From Myxococcota bacterium (GTDB lineage Bacteria > Myxococcota_A > UBA796 > SXON01): 64,000 nucleotides of DNA. Shown one piece after another: positions 46,744 through 55,213 of this stretch (position 1 is its first letter; the number at the start of each line of letters is the position of its first letter). The stretch is from NCBI GenBank assembly GCA_040386535.1, contig JAZKFH010000013.1, positions 416,928-480,927 of the forward strand, written 5' to 3'. The notes beneath the pieces are model-generated. The model did not search any database. It was not told where the DNA came from and saw only the letters and a program-made list of their open reading frames with translations. Position numbers and translations under genes: made by a program.

Positions 46744-47853
46744 TCAGCCCCAGCAGCGCCGACGGTGGGCGTCGAGGAACGGGAGCACCCGCGCGAACAC
46801 CGCGGTCGGAGCGCGCGCGCCGAGCAACGGGTCGAGGTGCCCCCACCCGCCGGTCAACACCACGAGCGGCGCGGCGAGGGCCTCGGCGGCGGGCGAGGCG
46901 GCGGTCGGCGGGCACGCGGGATCGTCGTCGCCGGCGAACACGAGCGCGGGGAAGGGGCGGAGCGCGCTGGTCACGTCGAGGCGGCCGGAGACGTCCGTGA
47001 GGTGCCCGCTGGACACCCACCGCGCCATCTGGCGGATGACGCCGCCGTGCAGGTCGCCCGCGGCGTAGCGCAGCCGGGCGCGCGCGACCGGGCCCGCGGT
47101 GTCGGGAGAGGCGATCTGTTCGCCCGTGGTCACGAAGGGGGAGACCAGCTGCTGGAGCCGGCGCCCGGGGAGCACCCACCCCGCCGGGAGCAGCGTGGCG
47201 ACGAGCCCGGCGTTGCGCGCCGCCGAGACCCCCGCCGAGAAGCGGACCGCGCCGCAGAGTGTGACCAGCGCGGCCATGCCGTCGGTGCCCGTGAGCGCCA
47301 TGCGCAGGTAGAGCGCCTGGGCGCCGAGCCCGTGGCCCACACACAACACCTGGTCGAACCCGCTGTGCACGCGCACGGCATCGAGGGCGGCGCCGAGATC
47401 GTGGATGGCGATGTCGTCCAGCGAGAAGGCACGCGCGCCTTCGGGCGGCAACGCGCTGCGGTCGCCGCGGTGTTCGAGCAGGTAGACCGAGTAGCCGGCG
47501 GCCGCGAGCGTGGCGGCGAGGCAGCGGCCGGGCTCGAGCGAGAAGTCGCGGTGGGTGCCGCCCAGCCCGTGCGCGAGCAGGACCGGCTCTCCGGAGGTGC
47601 CCGGGGCGGCTGCGACGTGGAAGAGCGGGGCGCGCCAACCGTCGTCAGCGGTGTAGTACACGCGCGGCAACGCCTCGCCACGTCCGCTCGCGGTGTACGG
47701 GTCGCGCGTGCGCGCCTGGACCACGCGGAACGTGAGGCCGAGCGCGGCGTCGCCGACCCACCGGGCGAGGGCCGGCGCGGGGGAGGGCGGCCACGGCGCG
47801 GGGCGCGGGGAGGGGAGGGCGGAACCCTCTTCGTGGGCGTGGGGATCAGCCAT
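46744..47853 (-). CDS. Alpha/beta-hydrolase-fold protein (nucleophile Ser replaced by Gly)
   Basis: PVLLAHGLG; GYSVYLLEHRG; elbow VGHGLG; GDDD; GHLD. Confidence 0.82.
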   Translation of the reverse strand: MADPHAHEEGSALPSPRPAPWPPSPAPALARWVGDAALGLTFRVVQARTRDPYTASGRGEALPRVYYTADDGWRAPLFHVAAAPGTSGEPVLLAHGLGGTHRDFSLEPGRCLAATLAAAGYSVYLLEHRGDRSALPPEGARAFSLDDIAIHDLGAALDAVRVHSGFDQVLCVGHGLGAQALYLRMALTGTDGMAALVTLCGAVRFSAGVSAARNAGLVATLLPAGWVLPGRRLQQLVSPFVTTGEQIASPDTAGPVARARLRYAAGDLHGGVIRQMARWVSSGHLTDVSGRLDVTSALRPFPALVFAGDDDPACPPTAASPAAEALAAPLVVLTGGWGHLDPLLGARAPTAVFARVLPFLDAHRRRCWG

Positions 47854-47915
47854 GCGCGGCACGGGAGGGCCGGAGGTGGCCCCCGAGGGGAGGCCGACTC
47901 GAAGAGAGACTTGAA

Positions 47916-48065
47916 GGGGGACGGGCAGATGCGCGCTGGGGCAAACAACAGGAGCTGCGGCGGGCGGACGTTTGCCCCGTCGTCAACGACCTCGCCGCGT
48001 TCAAGGGCGACACGGACACAACTTCAACGTTGGAAACAGCAATCGCGCGAACCTGCCCGTCCTCC
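47916..48065. ncRNA. Candidate structured RNA (multi-branch), family unknown
   Basis: Closing stem 47916-47936/48045-48065; internal hairpins 47938-47978 (9-bp perfect), 47979-47990 and 47992-48010; lies in a 350-bp intergenic gap. Confidence 0.4.
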
Positions 48066-48211
48066 AGAAAACCCGGCGCGACACCCTTCAACGTTGGCTT
48101 CAGGGAGGGTCTTGCCATGTCAAGGGGAGCGTAGCATGTCTCGCTTCGTCACGGAAGCCGGCGCTCCGTGATCGATGGTGCACGCGGCCCGCATCCGGTG
48201 CCGCGTGGACC

Positions 48212-49696
48212 CTACTTGACGCCGAACGTCTCGTTCCGCTCGATCTTCGCGCTCGCGACCACGTCGGCGCGCCACTGCTCGAGGAACTCGGCGCGGCGCT
48301 GGGCGATCAGGCGGCCCTCGAGCATCGTGCGCGTGTCTTCGAACGCGGCGGGATCGGCCTCGGTGCGCGACGCCACGGATACGACGAACACGTTGTCCTT
48401 CAGCTTGAGCGGCACGGGCACGACGTAGCCGGCGGGCGACTTCTCGATCTGCTGCCGGAGCTCCGCGCTGTCCCCGAGCCGCGGCACTTCGGGATCGGCG
48501 AGGCTGAACGCGCCCGTGGCGTCGGCCGCGAGGCGCTTCTCCGCGAGCAGCTCCGCGGGCGGGGCGCCGTTCGCCTTCCACGCTTCGATGAGCCGGGCGG
48601 CGTAGGCGTCGACCAGGGCCGGCGCGCGCTCCGCCTTGAGCATGTTCACCGCGATGTCGGGCTTCGCCTCGTCGAGAGAGATGACCTTGGCCTCCTCGAC
48701 CTTCTCGACGAGCAGGATCTGGAGGCCCCGGCCGGTCTTGGTGACCGCGGAGACCTTGCCGACCCCGGCGGTGTCCGCCGCGGCGACGAGCGCCGCGTCG
48801 ATCTGGTCCTTCGCCTGGAGGCCCAGCAGGCCGCCGGCGGAGGCGGAGAGGTCCTCGCTCCAGCGCTTGGCGAGCTCGGCGAAGTCGGCGCCCGCGGCGG
48901 CCTCGGCGCGAACGGCCTCGGCGCGGGCCACCACGGCGGCCTCGTCGGTGCCGGGCAGATCGGTGCGCAGGAGGATCGTACGGAGCTGGTACCGCTTGGG
49001 GAGGTTGTAGAAGCGGTCGTACGACTCGTCGTAGCGGGCCTTGACCCGGTCGGCGTTCTGCGTGAGGAACGCGTCCCGATCGGCGTCGGAGACGACCACG
49101 TCGTCGAGGAACGCGGACGCGGGGATGCGTACGAACGCCAGATCGAGGGTGGTCTCCTGCTTGAGGTACTCGGACTTCAGCTCGGTGCCGCTCACCGCCA
49201 CGGAGCGGCTGGCGAAGTCGGCCAGCTTCTGCACGAGGAGGCTGCGGTGCACGCTCGACTCGAACTGCCCGCGGGTCATGCCGTTCGACTTGAGCAGGCG
49301 AAGGTAGGTCTTCTCCTCGAACTTGCCGTCAGCGCCGGCGAAGCTCGGGATCTTGACGACCTCACGCGCGACCTCCTCCTCCGACACGGAGATGCCGAGG
49401 CGGTCGGCCTCCTGAACCAGGGCTTCCTCCTCCACGAGGCTGGTGATCACCTTGTTGCCGAGATCCTTCTCCTCGTCCTCGGTGAGGCTGCGGCCGGCCT
49501 GGCGCGCCTGCTGCGAGAACGCGCGGCGGAAGTCGCTGTCCGTGATCGTCTGCCCGTTCACCGAGGCGTAGATCGACGTCTGGTCGCTGTTGCCCGTACC
49601 GACGCCCCAGAAGATGAAGAAGGCGACGCCGACCCCGATGAGCAAGCGGGTGCCAGTGCTGTCGGTGCCTTTGCGCAGGTTCTCGAGTACGGACAT
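48212..49696 (-). CDS. PpiD/SurA-like periplasmic chaperone / peptidyl-prolyl isomerase
   Basis: MSVLENLRK + TM FFIFWG; ASVNG..IT; GISVSEEEV; rotamase ADFAELAKRWSED...GGLLG. Confidence 0.88.
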   Translation of the reverse strand: MSVLENLRKGTDSTGTRLLIGVGVAFFIFWGVGTGNSDQTSIYASVNGQTITDSDFRRAFSQQARQAGRSLTEDEEKDLGNKVITSLVEEEALVQEADRLGISVSEEEVAREVVKIPSFAGADGKFEEKTYLRLLKSNGMTRGQFESSVHRSLLVQKLADFASRSVAVSGTELKSEYLKQETTLDLAFVRIPASAFLDDVVVSDADRDAFLTQNADRVKARYDESYDRFYNLPKRYQLRTILLRTDLPGTDEAAVVARAEAVRAEAAAGADFAELAKRWSEDLSASAGGLLGLQAKDQIDAALVAAADTAGVGKVSAVTKTGRGLQILLVEKVEEAKVISLDEAKPDIAVNMLKAERAPALVDAYAARLIEAWKANGAPPAELLAEKRLAADATGAFSLADPEVPRLGDSAELRQQIEKSPAGYVVPVPLKLKDNVFVVSVASRTEADPAAFEDTRTMLEGRLIAQRRAEFLEQWRADVVASAKIERNETFGVK

Positions 49697-49719
49697 GAGT
49701 CGAAACCGGGAAGCGGGCG

Positions 49720-49801
49720 CATCTATGATCCGCCGCGCGATTTTTCAAGCCACACGTTTCGAGCACCGGTGTTGTCAGGTCAAGGGGCGCTGTGCTACAA
49801 G
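49720..49801. promoter_or_regulatory. Divergent sigma70-type promoters for ppiD and mreB
   Basis: Minus: TTGAAA(49748-49743)-17-TAGATG(49725-49720). Plus: TTGTCA(49772-49777)-18-TACAAG(49796-49801), with TG extension. Confidence 0.5.
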
Positions 49802-49885
49802 CGGGGTCCCGCCTGTGTGTCAATCTGACGCACGTCCCCGTCGATCTCTCGACCTGGCTCTCCCGAGCCTTCGCCCGGACTCGCA

Positions 49886-50911
49886 ATGTTCAATTCCGTG
49901 CTCGGCATGTTCTCCCAGGACATGGCCATCGATCTCGGCACCGCGAACACGCTGGTGTACGTGAAGGGCCGGGGCATCGTCTGCAACGAGCCCTCCGTGG
50001 TGGCCATCCATCACGACCGGAAGGGGAACAAGAACGTCGTCGCGGTGGGGACGCGGGCCAAGGCGATGCTCGGCCGGTGCCCGTCGGACATCCAGGCCAT
50101 CCGCCCCTTGAAGGACGGCGTCATCGCCGACTTCGAGGTCACCGAGGCGATGCTCCGCTACTTCATCGAGCGGGTGAACGGGCGCCGCAGCTTCGTCGCG
50201 CCGCGCATGGTCGTGTGCATCCCGTACGGCACGACCGAGGTGGAGAAGCGCGCGGTGCGCGAGTCCGCCGAGTCGGCCGGCGCCCGCAAGGTGCACCTCA
50301 TCGACGAGCCCATCGCCGCCGCCATCGGCGCCGACCTGCCGATCACGGAGCCCACGGGCAACATGATCATCGACATCGGGGGCGGCACCACCGAGGTGGC
50401 GGTCATCTCCATGGGCGGCATCGTCTACAGCCGGTCCATCAAGGTCGGCGGCGACCACATGGACGACGCGATCAGCAACCACATCCGGCGTCGCCACGAG
50501 CTCCTCATCGGGCCGCGCACCGCCGAGCAGATCAAGATCACCCTCGGCAACGCCTCGTGTGACGGTCGCCTCCGCGAGATGCAGGTCAAGGGCCGCGATC
50601 TCGTCCGTGGTTTCCCCCGCACCGTCACCGTGCACTCCGACGAGGTTCGCGACGCGCTCGAGGAGCCCATCCAGCTCATCGTCGACGCCGTGGTCGCCTC
50701 CCTCGAGCGCACGCCGCCCGAGCTGCTCGGCGACATCGTCGACCGCGGCATCGTCATGACCGGCGGCGGCGCGCTGCTGGCGCGGCTCGACTACGTGATC
50801 AGCCAGGCCACGGGCCTTCCGGTCATCGTGGACGACGATCCGCTCTCGGCCGTGGTCAAGGGTTCGGGCCGCGCGCTCGAGGAGATGGACCTGCTGGGGC
50901 TGTTCAGCTAG
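49886..50911 (+). CDS. mreB: Rod shape-determining protein MreB
   Basis: IDLGTANT, EPSVVA, RPLKDGVIADF, TEVEKRAV, DIGGGTTEVAVIS, TPPEL, GGGALL. Confidence 0.97.
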   Translation: MFNSVLGMFSQDMAIDLGTANTLVYVKGRGIVCNEPSVVAIHHDRKGNKNVVAVGTRAKAMLGRCPSDIQAIRPLKDGVIADFEVTEAMLRYFIERVNGRRSFVAPRMVVCIPYGTTEVEKRAVRESAESAGARKVHLIDEPIAAAIGADLPITEPTGNMIIDIGGGTTEVAVISMGGIVYSRSIKVGGDHMDDAISNHIRRRHELLIGPRTAEQIKITLGNASCDGRLREMQVKGRDLVRGFPRTVTVHSDEVRDALEEPIQLIVDAVVASLERTPPELLGDIVDRGIVMTGGGALLARLDYVISQATGLPVIVDDDPLSAVVKGSGRALEEMDLLGLFS

Positions 50912-50941
50912 TCCGGCGCTCGCGACGAGGGTGCGCGGGGC

Positions 50942-50995
50942 GGGGCAGGGCGCAACCTCTCCGCGGAAGGGGCAGGGCGCAACCTCTCCGCGGAA
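50942..50995. repeat. Perfect 27-bp tandem duplication in the mreB/trxA convergent gap
   Basis: GGGGCAGGGCGCAACCTCTCCGCGGAA at 50942-50968 and 50969-50995; GGGCGCA can pair with downstream TGCGCCC. Confidence 0.9.
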
Positions 50996-51013
50996 GCTGC
51001 GCCCCTTTCCCGA

Positions 51014-51349
51014 TCAGGCCTCGAGCACCTTGTTGACGAGGCTGTCCAGCGCGGTCTTGCTCATGGAGCCGACCTTGCGCTCGAACACCTTGCCGCCCTT
51101 GAAGAAGATCAGGGTCGGGATGGACTGCACGCCGAACTGGTTGGGCGTGTCCGTGTTCTGGTCGATGTCGATCTTGCAGACCTTGAGCTTGCCCTTCTTC
51201 TCGTCGGCCAGCTGGTCGAGCAGCGGAGCGATGGCCTTGCAGGGGCCGCACCAGACGGCCGTGAAATCGAGGAGCACGGGCACGTCGCTCTCGAGGACCT
51301 GGTGCTTGAAGTCGGCGTCGGTGATGTTCAGGACGTTGGCGCTGGCCAT
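51014..51349 (-). CDS. trxA: Thioredoxin
   Basis: PVLLDFTAVWCGPCK; VQSIPTL. Confidence 0.96.
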   Translation of the reverse strand: MASANVLNITDADFKHQVLESDVPVLLDFTAVWCGPCKAIAPLLDQLADEKKGKLKVCKIDIDQNTDTPNQFGVQSIPTLIFFKGGKVFERKVGSMSKTALDSLVNKVLEA

Positions 51350-51420
51350 GATACTCCCAGAGGGTCCGGCGTCATTATGATCCGGCCAGGGCGGGGGCAA
51401 TGGCCCGGCCGAGGATGTGT

Positions 51421-53289
51421 ATGGGTCGGATACTGGCCGTCGACGATGACGTTCTTTCACGAGCCGTCCTCATCGACGCTCTCCGGTCGCTCGGGCACGA
51501 GGCCGGGGCCGCATCCTCGGGCCCCGAGGCCCTCGCGCGCCTGCTCGGAGAGCCCTGGGATCTGCTGATCGCCAAGGTCACCTTGCCGGGGATGGACGGC
51601 CTGGAGCTGGCGCGTCGCGTCGCGACACGTACGCCGCCGGTGCGGATGGTGCTGGTGGGCGCGCCGTCGCCAGCGGACCTGCGCACGGTGCCGCACGCCG
51701 GGGTCCTCCCGAAACCGTTCGACGCGGGGGCGCTCGCCCGCTTGCTCCACACGTTGTTCGCGCCGACTCCCCCCGCGCCTCCGCCCGCCGACAGCTGGAG
51801 CGGGCTGGAGTCCCTCTCGGCCGTGTCCGGCCCGATCGACCGCTACCCGCCGGTCCGGGTCCTGTTCCTCGCGCACCGTGTCGCCGCCACCGGGGCGATG
51901 CGCGTCGAGGTGGACGGTCGTGTCGCGGTCGTGGGCCTTCGCGGCGGGAACGTGGTGCACGTGTCCGGCGTCTCCGATCTCTTCGCGGCCCTCGGCTCCT
52001 CGTTGCCGGACGACCTGACCCAGGGCCTCGGCGCCGCGGTGGCCGGGGGCTACCCGCCGGACCGCGCGCTCGCCGCCGCCACCGATGGCCTCGGGGCCTG
52101 GCTCGCCGGCCTCGTGGACATGCGCGGCGGTGCTGTGACGTTCGACCTGGCGTGGGTCCCGCCCGCCGGCTCGTTCCCGCTCCCCGATCCCGTCCCGCGG
52201 GTGCTCGCCCGGGGGCTCGCGCTCGGGCGCACCGACGCGCTCGTGGCCCGAACCTGGCGCGCGCTCGACCTGGCCGGGCTCTCGCCGCGCCTGCCGGATG
52301 ACTCGGCCGAGTCCCGTTGGGGCATCGACGCCACCTCGATGCGCGTCCTCCGGCTCGCGCCACGGGCCCGCACGGTCGACGTGCTGCTTCGCGAGGCCGC
52401 CGGGGCAGACGCCGCGCGCCGCACCGAGGTGCTGCGGGCGCTCGACACGCTCACGGTGCTCGGGCTCCTCGTGGTCGACGGGGGAGGGTTTGCGCGCCCG
52501 GCGCCGGGGAGGACGCCCGTCGAGCCGACCGTAGAGGACGCCCGCGGGATCCGGCTCGCCGAGGCCGCCGCGGCGATGGAGCGGAGCCAACCCATCGAGA
52601 TCCTGCAGCTCCTTGGCCGAAAGACCCTCACGGACGAGGATGTCGCCAACGCCTACCGCGAGATCTCGCGCAACTACCACCCCGACACCTACTTCAACGC
52701 GCCCCCCGCGGTCCGCGCGCTCGCGGAGACCTGCTTCTCCCGCGTGAACACCGCGTACGACGCGCTCCGCGCGCCCGAGGGCATGGCCGAGGCGCGCCGT
52801 CAGCTCCAGGCCATTGCCATCGGCGCTCCGTTCGTCGCGACGAAGGACCACCTCAACGCGCGCGTGGCGTTCCGACGGGGCGAGGTGCCGTGGCGGGCGC
52901 GGGACTGGAAGGCCGCGGATCCGCTCTTCCAGGAGGCAGCGCGCCTCGACCCGCACACCTGGCCCCACGCGCTCTACGCGGTGTATTGCGGGTGGCTGGC
53001 GAGGCGCGTCCCCGCGAACCAGGCGCTCGCAGCGTTGGAGGCGATGAAGCCTCCGGAGGCGACGCGGGCCGCCGAGGTGCTCGTCTGGGCCGGCAACCTG
53101 CTCAAGCAGGACGGGCGCGAGAAGGAGGCGTTCGTGCGCTACCGCTCCGCCCTCCAGAAGGATCCGACCAACCGGGACGCCCAACGCGAGATCCGGCTCT
53201 ACGAGGTGCGGCACCCCGCCCCCTCGCGGGCGCCGGCGAGCAGCTCGGGTGGCATCTTCGGCGGGATGTTCGGGTCGAAGAAAGACTGA
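51421..53289 (+). CDS. Atypical receiver + DUF4388-like + DnaJ + TPR protein
   Basis: ILAVDDD...DLLIAKVTLPGMDG...LPKPF; HRVAATGAMRV...GNVV; AYREISRNYHPD...AYDAL; C-terminal TPRs. Confidence 0.8.
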   Translation: MGRILAVDDDVLSRAVLIDALRSLGHEAGAASSGPEALARLLGEPWDLLIAKVTLPGMDGLELARRVATRTPPVRMVLVGAPSPADLRTVPHAGVLPKPFDAGALARLLHTLFAPTPPAPPPADSWSGLESLSAVSGPIDRYPPVRVLFLAHRVAATGAMRVEVDGRVAVVGLRGGNVVHVSGVSDLFAALGSSLPDDLTQGLGAAVAGGYPPDRALAAATDGLGAWLAGLVDMRGGAVTFDLAWVPPAGSFPLPDPVPRVLARGLALGRTDALVARTWRALDLAGLSPRLPDDSAESRWGIDATSMRVLRLAPRARTVDVLLREAAGADAARRTEVLRALDTLTVLGLLVVDGGGFARPAPGRTPVEPTVEDARGIRLAEAAAAMERSQPIEILQLLGRKTLTDEDVANAYREISRNYHPDTYFNAPPAVRALAETCFSRVNTAYDALRAPEGMAEARRQLQAIAIGAPFVATKDHLNARVAFRRGEVPWRARDWKAADPLFQEAARLDPHTWPHALYAVYCGWLARRVPANQALAALEAMKPPEATRAAEVLVWAGNLLKQDGREKEAFVRYRSALQKDPTNRDAQREIRLYEVRHPAPSRAPASSSGGIFGGMFGSKKD

Positions 53290-53291
53290 CT

Positions 53292-53606
53292 CTACCGACA
53301 GACCCCGTCGCACACGGACAGGTCGGGCGCCGCGTCACACGGCGCCTCCGCGTAGGTCGTGAGGCAGTCGTCCGCGGCCGCGGCGTCGAAGGTCTCGCAG
53401 GCGAGCGCGCCCTGGTCGGCGAGCGCGCCGGTGCTGGCGTCGAGCGCGGCGAGGCAGCCCGCTTCGTCGGCGTAGCCGGCGTCCGCGAGGGTATCGCAAG
53501 TGGTGTGGCGTGCGCAGATCGCGGCGGCGCGGTCATCCAGGAAGGCGTTCACCTCGGCGGACCGGCACGCGACCAGCAACCCCGCGAGTGCCCACCGCGG
53601 GCGCAT
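53292..53606 (-). CDS. Small Cys-rich lipoprotein
   Basis: MRPRWALAGLLVA-C; 8 further Cys; TGATG coupling with the upstream gene. Confidence 0.72.
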   Translation of the reverse strand: MRPRWALAGLLVACRSAEVNAFLDDRAAAICARHTTCDTLADAGYADEAGCLAALDASTGALADQGALACETFDAAAADDCLTTYAEAPCDAAPDLSVCDGVCR

Positions 53607-53910
53607 CAGCCGCAGACCAGGCAGGCCGTGGAGAAGTCGGCCGCGCAGTCCTCGGCGGCGATCGCGTCGCGGTACGCCGCGAGGCACGCGGACATGGCGC
53701 CGGGGTCGTAGTCCGGGCAATCGGCGTCGTCATACGGTTGCGAGGCCGACGCGGTCTCGCATTCGCCGACGCTGGCGAAGCCCACGCTGTCGAGCTCTCC
53801 GCACGTGTCGAGCCACCCGCAATGGAGCTCGCCGCGGCTCACCTGGCCCTCGGTGTACCCCATGCAGCCGAGCAGCCCGAGGAGCAGCCCCGCGCGGAGT
53901 CCGGAGAGGA

Positions 53911-53914
<4 letters not shown>
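53606..53914 (-). CDS. Small Cys-rich lipoprotein (paralog of 53292-53606)
   Basis: LLLGLLG-C; 8 further Cys with similar spacing; GTGA overlap with the acyl-CoA dehydrogenase gene. Confidence 0.72.
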
Positions 53915-55062
<1,148 letters not shown>

Positions 55063-55213
55063 GGGTACCTCCGGAAGGCCCGCACCCTAATCCAAAACCG
55101 TCCGGACCGCGCGCCTCTCGCCGTGCCATATGCGGGGAAACCCGTACATGGCCATGACCCACCGCGGCGAGCGCGTGTGGAACCGCGTCGCGCACGGCGC
55201 GTTAAATGGGCGG

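Noticed and set aside
47938..47978. c-di-GMP-I (GEMM) riboswitch suggested by GGGCAAAC
   Set aside because: It lacks the GNRA-capped P2 and the downstream GCAAAG/P3 elements; here the motif is simply one arm of a hairpin.
50942..50995. 27-bp repeats as a mini CRISPR array
   Set aside because: The copies are directly adjacent, with no spacer, and there are no cas genes.
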